Shown one piece after another: positions 14,195 through 27,180 of a stretch of 64,000 bases of DNA. Within the stretch, counting starts at the first letter, position 1. Every line of letters begins with the position of its first letter. The DNA comes from Octopus vulgaris (lineage: Eukaryota): NCBI GenBank assembly GCA_951406725.2, contig OX597818.1:66464001-66528000 (forward strand), written 5' to 3'. The position numbers were made by a program, and so were the translations under genes. The notes under the pieces were generated by a model. That model searched no databases. It had not been told where the DNA came from and saw nothing but the letters and a program-made list of their open reading frames with translations.

Positions 14195-14575
14195 ATACTC
14201 TTATATTTGTTTCAGTCATTTGACTGCGGCCATGCTGGAGCACCGCCTTTAATCGAGCAACTCGACCCCGGGACTTATTATTTTGTAAGCCCAGTACTTA
14301 TTCTATCGGTCTCTTTTGCCGAACCGCTAAGTAACGGGGACATAAACACACCAGCATCTGTTGTCAAGCAATGCTAGGGAGACAAACACAGACACACAAA
14401 CACACACGCGCATATATATATATATTCATATATACGACGGGCTTCTTTTAATTTCCGTCTACCAAATCCACTCACAAGGATTTGGTCGGCCCGAGGCTCC
14501 AGTAGAAGACACTTGTCCAAGTTGCCATTCAGTAGGACTGAACCCGGAACCATGTGCTTGGTAAACAAGCTACTT
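14195..14575 (-). mobile_element. SINE family A, 3' portion (interrupted; 5' remainder at 16800-16836)
   Basis: Sequence resumes after a 2.2-kb insertion as acttaccacacagccactcctgcgc. Confidence 0.9.
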
Positions 14576-16799
14576 TATTTTATAACATTTGCCATAAGGG
14601 CAGTACATAGAGTAAGTTAGCTTTGCGGGCTGGACGAGGACATTAATGATGTGAATGATAATGAAAGAAAGATGATGGGGATGGGAGAAGACAAAAAGCG
14701 CCCGCCGACTTCTGCTTCTCTAAAACATTGTTCTTTTAAAAACAAACACAAAACGAGGTATTAATCCTCTTACAATTTTTTTCAATTTTTGGACTTAGTA
14801 GTCCATTACTAATAACAACATAGTTCAATAATTACATATATAAATACAATACACAAAGCCCCTCCTCCCAGACCTGGCTTACACTTCCCTTAGGAATGCG
14901 CCAGCTTTAGGTCGGAGCCCCTCAAGTCGTATCACAATTTGACTCGTCCTCGAAATAACTTGTGTCCGCGTCCTCCACCATCCACCACGCCTCCCTCAGA
15001 ACGTAATCGAGTTCCGAGTTAGCGTCGCCCGGGACCAAGCTATAATCCTCATTGAGCTCCTTCAGCCCAAGCGTCACGTCGAATGCCACGGCCTCCACAG
15101 CTACCTGCGGAGGCCATTCGGGGTCCTGTGTGAAGGCTAAAGGTGCTCCCTTGTGGTGCTTTTCCATCACCTTTTCAATCTCTCCGCCTCTATAGAAGAG
15201 GATCAATACCTCGTTTTTGCTCGGGTGCGGGATATTCAATTCTTTCGTTGGCGGCACAGTTCACGCCAACGGTATTTCTTCTCCTGTCGGTGGCACAACC
15301 CCAACCGACGTAGTTCCGGGACATTCCGGTGCTATGTCACCGACAGCCGGTAATGTCCCGTTTCTCTTCCTCTTTTTCTTTTTTTTCTTTTCAACTGAGG
15401 GAGGGTGCGTCTCCTTCGTGGCCGGAAGATTCGCCTTTCTCTCCTGATCCCTAGTATCTTTTGGTGAGCACCCATTGTTGCTCACCTTCCTCTTTCGGCC
15501 TCTATTTGAGGAGTCCTTTGCTTCCTCGGCCGTTATCATGCCTCTTCCGCAGGGGTTTCACTTAACTGTTCCGGGATCCTATTTTGTTCCCGGGGACAGT
15601 TCTTCTTTGTATGGCCGGACTCCAAGCACTGATGACACTTAGGGGGGCGACCCTCAAGCATCACCGGGTACCTGCACCCGGCCATTTTCAAAAAATCTGG
15701 AAGAACCAGATTGGCTGATTGGGTCCAAAGGGACAAAATTGCTTTTGACCCAACCCAAGCAGCCGCAGGAAGAACTTTTACATTAAGGAGCTTAGTTTCG
15801 CTGGATAGTCTCCTCTATCCACTGGGGAACTATCCCGGGTGGCAGCCCGCAAATCCAGGCTTTCGTCAGTCTCTTTTTTTGGTACATGGGCAGGAATAAA
15901 ATTTCCTTACCCTCCAGAGGTTTACTAGCAAATTTGCAAGCCTCTTCAGGGGTGTCAAATAGCAACCACACCGTTGCATATTTGACACCCCTGGAAATGA
16001 ATTTAATTGTTGGCAAATACTCTGCCAACTCCTTTTCAATTGCCGCGTTTTCGAACAGGGCGATGGTGTCGAATGCCTTGGAGTAGGTTCTCAACACCAC
16101 CGTCCTATCTTCACGGTCTTTTAACCACTTTTTAGGCGGTATGATCTCCCATTCCAAAACTTTGTTATTTTTCATTGCCATGTTTTTTTTTTCTTTTTTT
16201 AAATATATTCAAAATAAAACTTAAAAAGCGAGAAGAAAAAGAAATCAGAAGAAAGTCACAATGAACAAAAAGGAGAAAGTCAAATAAAGTTAAAAAGAAA
16301 GTCAATAACACAGCAAAAACTTTCTGGCCATTCGGTACTCCCGGCCTAAATTGAACCCGGAACGCCGCAACTGGAACACAACTTCCGCAAAAATTGGTGT
16401 AAAATTGGTAAAAATTGTTCAAACTTCGGAGGCAAAACACTCCCCTATATAACAGTTTTCACAATTCTTAAAGTTCTTCACAGCACAATACAATTCTCAT
16501 AATTAGGTGAGAAAAATATTCACTCAATTATCGAAGACGAATACGCCCCCCAAAAATTCTCACAATTCAGCAAGAAAAATATATTTGCCCCATGTCGGCA
16601 GAATCAGAATTCTGAATCCAGTAGGACTTCCTGCCTGTAAAAAACAATTTTTAACAAAAATTCCCACTGGACCCAGAAAACAGAATCTTACCTTACAATG
16701 GGGCTTCAAAAATGTTCAATTCAAGACGGCTTCAAAAGCACGTCTTCACCGCTTCAGTGCCAAACACAACACTGACTCGCACATGCGCAGAAGCAACCT
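14576..16799 (-). mobile_element. Non-autonomous ORF1-only retroelement (L1/Tx1-type gag; HAL1-like)
   Basis: 15-bp TSD gtaaacaagc(t/g)actt at 14561-14575 and 16800-16814; A-rich 3' end; single gag-like reading frame and no EN/RT. Confidence 0.8.
14922..16181 (-). pseudogene. ORF1p-like protein (~420 aa): RRM-like region, CCHC zinc knuckle, basic tract
   Basis: Track ORFs 16181-15792, 15736-15536, 15539-15261 and 15257-14922 join through two frameshifts and one TGA; GRPPKCHQCLESGHTKKNCP = CX2CX4HX4C. Confidence 0.75.
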
Positions 16800-17042
16800 G
16801 TAAACAAGCGACTTACCACACAGCCACTCCTGCGCTTATGTGTGTGAAGTTATTAGATGTACATGTATATATGCGTGTAGTCTGTGTGCGTGTGTTTGTG
16901 TTGTTGTGTCGCTTTGTAGTTGTATGTGTGTGTAAAATCAGTCGGACATGTGCGATCGTGTGAGTGTGTGCGCATAATATGTATATGACAGAGGGCGCTT
17001 ATGTATTGGGTTTATTTATACAAACAGCGAGTTTGTTTAAAG

Positions 17043-17228
17043 ATGGCGAGCTGCCAGAAACGTCAGTAGTTCGGGCGAAAAGTTTAGCGGTAATTCGTCT
17101 GTCTTGATGATCTGACTTCAAATTCCGCCGAGGTCGACTTTGCCTTTCATCCTTTCGGGATCGAGAAATTAAGTACCGGTTGCGTACTGAGGTCGATTCC
17201 CCTCCCCCAAAATTTCGGGTCTTGTGTG
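17043..17228 (+). mobile_element. SINE family B
   Basis: ggcgagctg.cagaaacgt.ag...ttcaaattccgccgaggtcgactttgcctttcatcctttcggg. Confidence 0.85.
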
Positions 17229-17322
17229 TTTATGCTTGAGCATGTATGTGGACGTGAATGTGTGTGTGTCTGTTAGCAGTTCGTCAATGTATCAAGGGAT
17301 CTTGGATAAAGCGTGTGAACAT

Positions 17323-17630
17323 GGTGAGGTGAAGTAACGTGGCTCACTGGTCAGGGTGATCGGCTGACGATCATAGGCTCGCAATCTTAATTCTCGGCGA
17401 TGGGTTGCATTCTTGACCAAGTCATTTTACTTCACGTTGCCCCAGACCACTCAGCTTGGAAATGATTAGTACTTGTCTCAATCTATGTCCCACTCAATCT
17501 CCCTAAGGACTATTTTAAATGTACACGTCTCTGCGGAGTTCTCAGTCACTTGCACGTTAATTTCACGAGCAAGGTGTTCCGTTGATTTGATCAGTTGAAA
17601 CGCTCGCCGTCGTCACAGACGGAGGATTAG
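17323..17630 (+). mobile_element. SINE family C (H1+T1), diverged
   Basis: tRNA-like head, ttcacgttgc.ccag.ccactcagct core, tail ttgcacgttaatttcacgagc...gttccgttgat. Confidence 0.7.
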
Positions 17631-17759
17631 TTAGTATGATGTTGATATGTATGTAATATTTTGTTTGTGCGCATAAAGATATATGTGTGTGACATTACTT
17701 CAATGTATGTGTGAGTTTATCGGACGTATGTGTTTTTCGGCGGTATGTATGTGGATCGA

Positions 17760-18170
17760 CTTGGGTGGAGGTGTGAGGTGAAAGAAGGCTGGTAGGGATT
17801 TCTAGGTGTTTGGTGGTATCTGTGCGAAACAGAAGATCACATAGGTTATGGATATGAAGTGAGGATTGAGGAAGATGTGATAGTTGGGGTTATCAGATTA
17901 GAGTCGGCGGAAGACTCGAAGAATGGTGCGCTGGAGGGGTAGTGTCGTGGCGTGATAGCCATGGGTGGGATAAATGCAGGTGAGGGAGTGTCGAGTGTTG
18001 GGACAGAGTGGGACAGATGCATGGTAAACAGATTGGTCACGGACGAAGCTAATTTGTATCAGAGTGAGGGAGTTTCCTCGATAGGAGAGTTCGGAGTTAA
18101 GTCTGTATCACGAAGTCATGGTCGTCACATCAGAGCCGGCGGAGGCGTGGGGGTGGAAGTTAGAGATTGA
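17760..18170 (-). pseudogene. Decayed Penelope-like RT thumb fragment (Neptune-like)
   Basis: Minus-strand peptides RLRRL*CDDHDF and HATTLPLQRTILRVFRRL*SD...YHIF match the PLE RT C-terminal pattern. Confidence 0.6.
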
Positions 18171-18269
18171 CAATTTATAGAAAAAGTTCGGATTAGAGTG
18201 AGAATTTGTGGGATTATAGAAGATGTAGGTGTTGAAACATATTTACAGAAACGCTGTATGTATGTATAT

Positions 18270-18272
<3 letters not shown>

Positions 18273-18354
<82 letters not shown>

Positions 18355-18359
18355 ATATC

Positions 18360-18404
<45 letters not shown>

Positions 18405-18420
18405 ATATACATATATACAT
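18273..18420. repeat. (TA)n microsatellite
   Basis: Direct reading. Confidence 0.95.
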
Positions 18421-18745
18421 GTGTGTGTGCATGTGTGTATGTGTGTATATATGCACTAGCACGCTTTTGTTTATCTACGTATGTATCTATTGTAGAAGTG
18501 AGAAAAGAAATGATCTAACACGAACGAAATATTAGATACATATATCACTGACTTTATTTTTTCGTTCTATTTTCTATTGTTCTTTTGTTATTTCCTAATT
18601 ATAAGAATTATTAGATAACACATAAAGTATATTGTTCGCTGTCTTCTTTAGTCTGGTATAAATAATTTATATACACAAGAGTGAAATTAGAATTTCCATT
18701 GGTCAGCAAATATATTCAGTAATACATGCGTTATGAAAATAATAA

Positions 18746-18792
<47 letters not shown>

Positions 18793-19516
18793 AACGTGTT
18801 CAAGAATACAATGGCCTGTTGAATGTTATGTAAAACAATGTGCATCTATCTAGTTTTTCTCTAACTTCACACACTTTTCGGTGACATTGTCTTCTCAAAT
18901 GAAATTACATAATAAATAAGTGAGAGGATATCGCAATCCGTGTTTGTAATTTCATTAAAGCTTTACATGTATAAAGTTGAACAGAAGATAATAGCAGACC
19001 TAACTACGGAAGACCATTTTGTGCATATCCAGGTTCCTGCTTTGTTATATGATTTTCTCAACATGTTTCTATGTATTTTCTTCCAATGAATTATATATAA
19101 ATTGTCACTAGAATTTGCTTTACATTATCTCAAACAGCGAATGAAATGTGTGAGATAAAGTTGTATAAGAGTTAGAGCGTGATCATCGGGAATTGACGTG
19201 TTGTTTATACAAATCATAAATAGATTATCACTCTCTATTTTCAATCAGTAGACTACGTCCATTCTGGTGCATCTCCTAGAAGAATTTAGTGAAAAGAATC
19301 TACACTTCGAATTAATTTTCAAAAACTGGTTACTATTAATATCTTCTAGTAACTGCTAGGTTTCGGAGTCGTAATCACATCGACAGCAGTAGTCATGCGG
19401 TGATGTGCGACAAACAAATCGACACACACAAACACAGACATACACACATATTCAACTAAAAATTCATGGCTGTGCCCCAGCATGGCCAAACTGTCGTGAC
19501 TGAAAATGTAAAAGAT

Positions 19517-19561
<45 letters not shown>

Positions 19562-20019
19562 CGAAAAGGGGAGGGATTTCAATTATCCTCAGGTAGTGAA
19601 TTGTAATGCAAAAATTAAATATATGAAATAAAATAAGGAAAATATACACACTTCACTTAATTTTATTATATTTTTTCAATATACTTATATTGTTTTTGTA
19701 GAGAGGTGTTTCTCTCCCTAATAATGACATTGAAATTTAAATTTTTATAAAGTTGTATTTTGTTATGGAGTTAATACTCCATGTTCTGCGTGGAGAATTT
19801 TGTGAATGAATGATTCAATGATTAGAAAACTCTAAGAAGAGGAAACTGGTGATCGTTATTATTGGGGAAAAGGGGGTAATTGTTCATCTTTCGGGGAGGG
19901 GATGTGTAAATATCCACAGACATCTCAAAAGCTAAGTTAGTGAGTTGAAATATAAAACTCTGATGTATATGTGATAATGAATTAAAATGTATACTGAGAT
20001 GAAATTTACTTATGCGTTC

Positions 20020-20340
20020 ATATTGTGACATGTTCTGTAGTTTTCGATGGACGAATTTTCTTTATTTAAACGCACTTGTATAGAAATAACTTCTTTGCAC
20101 TGATAGATGGGGAAAACTGTGAAGTTTGGTTGGATATTACCTGCACATCTCTCTATATGTTCACTCAAAGATATCTGTCTGTAGTGCCAGAACCGAATAT
20201 GTTCCGTATGTAGTGTAGTTCTCTGCCTGAGTAGCCCACTTGTCTTTCCTATATAGTTATGTTTACAACTTGAGCAAGTCAGAACATAAATCAGATTCTC
20301 AGAAGCACAAGTGAAGTTGGTTTTAATTGTGTAACCTACT
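20020..20340 (-). pseudogene. GIY-YIG endonuclease domain of a Penelope-like element (Neptune-like)
   Basis: Translates FTCASENLIYVLTCSSCKHNYIGKTSGLLRQRTTLHTEHIR...SEHI: LIY..YIG with CxxC and two His; absent from the ORF track. Confidence 0.85.
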
Positions 20341-20631
20341 CAATCCAATATAAATATATATTACACGCACAGAGACACAGAAAAACACTCACACACACAC
20401 ACATGGTCAAACGCACAGACACAAGCACACACATATATGTATGTATATAGCAGATGTAGCTTTATATCCAAATTGCCACATTTAATTTATGCATAGATAA
20501 CTTAGACGGACATGAACGTAAAGTAAAATACAAAATACTTTTCTTATATATATATATATTTACACACATATTTTTACAATCCCTCGAATATGATTTCTTT
20601 ATGATTTCTTTTAAAATCCAAATCTGTACTT

Positions 20632-20720
20632 ACTATCTGATGAAGGAAATGTGGACAACTGCACTTCAAATGGTTTAACCTACACACTTCTTGGCAATAT
20701 GGAAACGGCCGTAAGACTCT
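20632..20720 (+). ncRNA. Candidate degenerate hammerhead in a PLE-like terminal fragment
   Basis: CTGATGA-aggaaatgtg...cacacttctt-(9 nt)-GAAA-cggccg-TA; palindromic stem III ACGGCCGT; stem I weak. Confidence 0.4.
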
Positions 20721-20827
20721 TACTATTATTGTGAAGTGATATCACATCAGCTTGGACTGCATAATTTATCTGTGTCTATTTATGCAATTACTTAACCGAC
20801 TTTGATCTGGGGACGGAAGTAAGCTAT

Positions 20828-20877
<50 letters not shown>

Positions 20878-20971
20878 TAGTTCAGTGTATACGAAATAAA
20901 AACAAAAGACGAAGACAGGTGGTGTACAAAACAAAAAGATGTATTAGTATAACGCTCAGGAATAAAAAAAG

Positions 20972-21010
20972 TTTTTTTACGTTTCGGGCCTACGCTCTTC
21001 TACAGAAGGG
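20972..21010 (-). ncRNA. Hammerhead-like variant motif
   Basis: tt-CTGTAGA-a-gagc-gtag-gccc-GAAA-cg-TA-aa; A6U core change, weak stem I. Confidence 0.35.
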
Positions 21011-21734
21011 GACGCAGAAAAAACAAGGAGAGAAACACGGAGAGAAAAAAGGGGAGAAAAAACGAGGAGTGAAGAAAAAGGAGAGGAAACATTCTTTGTA
21101 GTGGCTAACGATCTATCATGGCGAGAGAGAGAGAGAGAGAGAAATGCACGCACACATACACAACCACACACATACACTTGTATGTATATATATGTATATT
21201 CAGAAAAGAATGCTCTAAATAGTAATAAAACTATGGATGCGAAATATCTCCGTTCTCCTTATCATCATTAATACTATTTGTCTGCGTGTGTGTGTGTGCT
21301 TGTGTATGTGCGTTTGTTTGTGTGTGTTTGCCAATATGTGTATATAAAGAGACGACGAACTTTCTTTTTTAGTTTCCGTGTAGCAATCGACAACAAAGGC
21401 ATTTATTGGCCCGAATCTATAGTGGACGAAACTCAATTAAGGTTCCACCCAGTGCGAAGAAACCGGAACTATGTGGTTCAGACGAAACCTTCTTATATCA
21501 CGGCCACACATGTAAATTAAATTGCTATTTATGAAACGTAAGGTACTTATTTCTCAATTAATTGTTTAGTATTGTTCGACATATTACCTAACCGAAAGTG
21601 TTCCTGAATTACTTGAAATTATTCCGAAGGAAAGCAATGACAGAACATATCCGATGCGTTTAAAACAGACGTCTGAATAATTTTTCCCAAACATATCAGA
21701 AAAATCATTGCTACTTGTATATTCTCTTTCACTC

Positions 21735-22125
21735 ATTTACTTGTTTCAGTCATTTGACTGCGGCCATGCTGGAGCACCTCCTTTAGTCGAGCAACTCAAC
21801 TCCGGGACTTATTCTTTTGTAAGCCCAGTACTTATTCTATCTGTCTCTTTTGCCGAACCACTGAGTAACGGGGACATAAACACACCAGCATCGGTTGTCA
21901 AGCAATGCTAGGGGGACAGACACAGACACACAAACACACACGCATATATATATACATATATACGACGGGCTTCTTTCAGTTTCCGTCTACCAAATCCACT
22001 CACAAGGTATTGGTCGGCCCGGAGCTATAGCAGAAGAAACCTACCAAGATGCCACGCAGTGGGACTGAACCCGGAACCATGTGGTTGGTTAGCAAGCTAC
22101 TTACCACACAGCCACTCCTGCGCCT
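21735..22125 (-). mobile_element. SINE family A, full copy
   Basis: Near-identical to 5981-6395. Confidence 0.9.
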
Positions 22126-25100
22126 ATGTGGCCGGTTATGATAAAACGTGACTGAAAATCGAACGGTTTGTGACGACGTTGTGTTAGGCATTTCGTGGGC
22201 CAGCAATGGCGCAGATTACTCGAAACTCGTTATTTGTGACTTGATTCTCTACGCCTGATATACATAAATAATCATTTAACTGGCGTTCTGGAAAACATCG
22301 ATGTTATTAATTAGAATATGCTTCTTCTTTGAGAGGTGAATTTAAGTGATAGATGGCGTCTCAGAGATAACTTGAGCCGAAAGTTATCTACACCAGAAAA
22401 TATTGTATAATACCGCAATGTATATAGATATATCAGACAGAGATGTGGGTTTCCTTTTATCTAGGAGGGGTAGGCCAGTGCTCATGGGATTTACACTCTT
22501 CTGTATTTTCATATCAAATTTCTTCTCATAACGTTCTTGAGTAATTTTGCTACCACCTGCAATCAGGATTTATTAACTTTTCAGAGAATTTACGTGAGTC
22601 AAGACCTCTTGTCATTATATACATATGTGTGTGTGAGTGGGGTATGTGTATGTGTGTGTGTGTGTGCATATATATACATACACGCATACATACACACAAT
22701 GCTTATTCGCCTTATTTTGCCTCTAATCTACTGCTGCTACTACTCTGCTGCTGCTAATTTGAAAATAGAAATTACGGTGAAATGTTCCTTTATAGAATAA
22801 TGTGAAAATCTGTTGATTGCAAGTTTGCAAGTTTAAATATTATTGAGCGCAATAAAATAGTAATAAATGAAAAAAAACAAAAAGACACAAAGATACATCT
22901 ACAAAAATTAAACTCAGAGAATTGTCTGTGAGTACGTAGTGTGAAGTGGCTGTGATTTTTCTAATATGCTTTGTGATTCTAGAGATATTTTGATTATCTC
23001 ATGTTACATGGTATTGTGACTGTACTGTAGTAAATGTAGGGATATCCCATAAGTTAGCTTCGATATTCTAATATTTTCCAGCTGAAGTCGTCTGAGTATT
23101 GATCAAATTTGAGCTTTATATATTTGCTTATCTATATTCAATTAAAGAATCCATTTAAATTTTGATGTTTACTCTACGCTGTCGAAACACGTAATTCGTC
23201 TCATAAATAAATATTTCTTCTCATAATGAGGACATATTTTTGATTTGTTTCTGTCCCGATAATCCGATATGTGGTTTAGGTATAGACTTTTCTACTTTTC
23301 TGATTATAATTTTGTCTACTGTTTTAGTTGATATCAAGAAATACTATTTTTGATATTGCTCTCGGGATTCAGCCACGCTGGAAAAAATGTTTGTTCTGTT
23401 GCTATATCGAGGCAAAATATATAACATGGTCGTAGATATTGTACAATTAGCAAATGAAAATATGGTTACGTCATCCAGGTATATAGAGAAAATAACTAAA
23501 TATTGAATATGCTGTCCTCTAAGTATGTATACAAAGTCTGTTGTTTTTCAAGCGTTGTTTCTTTTCGTCTCTCCATTCTAATTTTTCAACGTTAAAAAAT
23601 TTATTTAGCACCACTTAATCCATAGCAATGTAAGTGAAATATCTAGAATAAAATGAAATATTTCATAGTTTAACGATAATATTAATAACAATGACCTCCA
23701 ACCAGTTATACATATTTCGTTAACGGTAGTGTGTCTGCATTGTATAATACTAACGGGTTATAATGTGAAACACGAGAGAAACGTTAAAGAAATATTATAC
23801 CTATATTACACACACACACACATACACACACACGCACATATCATATATCTACTGTGCTGCACAAATATCTGCGCACTGATATGTGGGTATTACTTTACTA
23901 TAAAGATATATCAAAACATTTATAAGTTACCTTTATCTCAGTGACATTTACATGATTAAAAACATGAAAACAAAAATTGCCAATGTTATATATATATTTT
24001 TTCTCAAATTAGATTTTGAATATTGTCTTGTATTCGGAACATTATGAGGCTTTTAAAGATAATTTTTCAGCAATTTTTTATTCTTTTATTCATTCTCAAA
24101 ATAAATGTTTTGACTGTGATCTTTGATATTTCCGTCTCTTCAAAATAGAAAATGTAGAGAATTTTATTTTTCCTCTATTATTGTCATCTTCTATAGAAAA
24201 TAAATAAATACGTATATTAAAACTTTTTTGCATTAAAATTATTGCAAAATTTTGGAAAAATAGAATAATGGGAATTGTTTACAAAATGAATTAATTGAGT
24301 TGTTTTCTGGCTTCTCTGATTCTGTTTTATATGTTGAAACACATTCTATAACGCAGACACTCACGCACACACACACACAGACTCAAGAACACGCGCACGC
24401 CCACAACCGCACACGCAATATAATAACATTTGTTAAGGTATAATTACTTTCTTCTTCCATTCTCTTTTCCTTATTATTGGAATAATATGCGAAATGTTGA
24501 TATGAAAAAATAATACACTAGAACATCCTCCTCGACAAGAATGACATTAAATGCTCCAACCAGAAGAAGAAGAACAATAACAGACGTAGTTAAAGCTGTA
24601 GCAACTACTACTACTACTATTACAACCATCATCCCCGCCACTACTACCACATTTACTGTCGCTCATTTATATGAAATACTAACGTTGGTCTCTTGATAAA
24701 AATAATATAGTTGAAATAGCGTTAGTATTTTGTTTTGTGGAAAGGTAGTTCCAATAGATAATATCGGACACGATTTGATAAAAAATATCTATAAATTTTA
24801 TTGGCCTTAAGAATTATTCAGTATAGTAACAATAAAAGAAATCCTTCGAATTAAAAGGAAATCATATTCTGAACGTAGGCTGCTGTTGTCCAGAAAATTA
24901 CGAAATAAGTTTAATGTGGTAAAAATATTGAACATTTACAGTCACGAACGACGCTGTATGTTCAATGGAAGTGAAATATGTAAAAATAAATAATTTCGGC
25001 GACTTTAGGGCCTGGAGATGAGAAAAACTTATTTAAGGGATTTGACTGTAATTTCCAGACGTTGCAACAATGCTTTCGTCATTTGGTCACCAGTACCATG

Positions 25101-25287
25101 TGTTTAGTTTACAATGAAGTACAAATAGGTAGAGTCATAAAAGAATAGACTCTCTTATGATATTCCCTGGCATTAGAGACGTTGTTGGTTTGAGTTTCGT
25201 TGCACCAACTTCTTTCTAAGAGGAACTAATGATAAAAAAAACGTAACGGGCAGAGAAGCATCACTTATTTATATTAAGAAGATATAT

Positions 25288-25910
25288 ATACAGAGTGCGA
25301 TGAATAAAATGTTGTATAAATTATGCAAGAATGAAAATAAGACCTCATTTTAACAAATATATTTTCCGACATTTCATTAAAACATCTTGAAGTACTAAAG
25401 AGTAAATGTATTTAATAAAATCACCATTGGCTTGAAGTACGGCCTCAATACAACTCCTGAATATGCAGCTACTTTTCTGACTGTTCTTGAAGTTGGTAAA
25501 TGCTACCATAATCCTTACCTTCAGTTCATCTTTGGTGTTACAGGGAGATTTTTCGTCTTTGTTCTCTCAGTCACCTGTGCCCCGACATAATAATCAAGAT
25601 GGTTGCTGTGTGGGGAGTTAGATGGCCGGATTTTACGGGTTATGCGTTGGCAGAATTTATCTGACGAGAATGACTGGGTTCTCTTGCTTGTGTAGCATTT
25701 TTCAGTGTCACATTATCAGACATAGGGTCTTCTGTCAGTCACCTTCTTGACCCAAGGCAGTATTACCTCCTCCATACACTTGATTTTCCTCAGTGTTGAA
25801 TCTAAGACCGTGTTAGAAGATGAATGGTGACATAACTTTACCATCACTAGTGATCACTTCAACCACCATGATGTTGGCTCTATGTTTGAGTTTCATCACT
25901 CTCGGTACAT
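25288..25910 (-). mobile_element. Second decayed DD37D transposon (3' half with TIR)
   Basis: Homologous to 11720-12320 (cttgtgtagcat, accatgatgttg); end tacagagtgcgatg resembles the TIR at 12960. Confidence 0.75.
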
Positions 25911-26766
25911 ATCCTCAAATTGCCACCCAAAGAATCTTAAATGTTCGTATTAGAGCTTCTGTGTCTCATATAAATGGTACACTTTGGATTTGAGTAGATG
26001 AGTAGATGACAGACTTTATAGATAAGTTTAATAAAGCTAAAATAAAGGAGAAGGGAGAGACCTAACACTCCTGTTTATTAATGGAACACTTGAATGAAAA
26101 CGTGACTTAGGAAAAGTGTTCTCTGGAAAAGGATACGTTGATTGAAAGAGTTGATTTGTTTTATTATTTTTGAATTATTCGTACTTCATTGTGGCACAAT
26201 ATGCAACGTATAACAAATTACAATGGCCCACAAAAGGAATTTCTTCGTATGTGATGTGAAAGATAAAATATATTATTTAACATTTCACACGCAGATGTAC
26301 TGACCTGAACTTTATCAGATTTATTTAATTTTAAGAATGTCGTGATAGAATGTCTCAAATGTAAACTTCGTAAATTCACTCAGACATTAAATTACACTTA
26401 AAACAGGCAGAAGTGATTTCAGTTTAATTTCCTACACATCTAGTCATGTGCAATTCATTGATTGATAGTCTACACAAATCAACTTATATTGAGAATTTGT
26501 TCATGTTTGACTTGACGATAATAAGAATGAAGAAGAAGAAGGCGATGATGACGGCGACAAAGACGTTTACGATGATCATCATGACATTGATTGCGTTGAT
26601 GATGGCGATGTTTAGCTTCACTAAGATGGAGATTGTGATGCCGGTGATTGTGATGGTGATGGAGCTTGTTTGTAATGACACTGAAGCGAAATCAAGGCGT
26701 GGACAACGAGGAAAATAGAGTCTAAATGTGTTTAATTTTCACTTGTTGTTCTCCGCAACAATTGTA

Positions 26767-27180
26767 TTAACTTGTTATGAATACCTTGTGGCATTCGTGT
26801 TTCATTTGGAACAGCTGTGCAAAGTATTCAAATATTAAATTAATCCATAGAATAAATAGCAATTTTCGGTTCATAAACCCGTCTAGTTTTATATCAATTC
26901 TGTAATAAGAGATATCACAAAGAAATCGAAAGACTTCGGGTTTGGCTGTATAAAATGAAGAAAGCAAGACATGATAAGGTAATACAGAGGCAACGTCTGA
27001 AGCAGACATTAAGATGTCTGAATATAATATGTTAAGAGAAAATTCATGCAGCTCCGAATGTAGTACTAGTTTTAAGATAGAGATTACATTATTGCTTAAT
27101 CGCTCTATAGGATAACGTTGTTTCAACATTAGCTGAAATGTTTGTAAACTAAAGTATTTAAATACGAAACGCATTGTAAA
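26767..27180 (-). pseudogene. Very decayed PLE RT-thumb-like relic
   Basis: LKQRYPIERL and VLPY...KPEVF resemble PLE thumb motifs; weak. Confidence 0.35.

Noticed and set aside
19765-19790. atggagt/actccat hairpin as a possible HHR stem II downstream of the GIY-YIG relic
   Set aside because: Neither core box is present
23075-23200. CTGAAGT...GAAACACGTA hammerhead-like spacing
   Set aside because: A9 is missing and there is no stem I pairing
26446-26718. Met-rich 90-aa ORF
   Set aside because: Degenerate (GAT)n repeat
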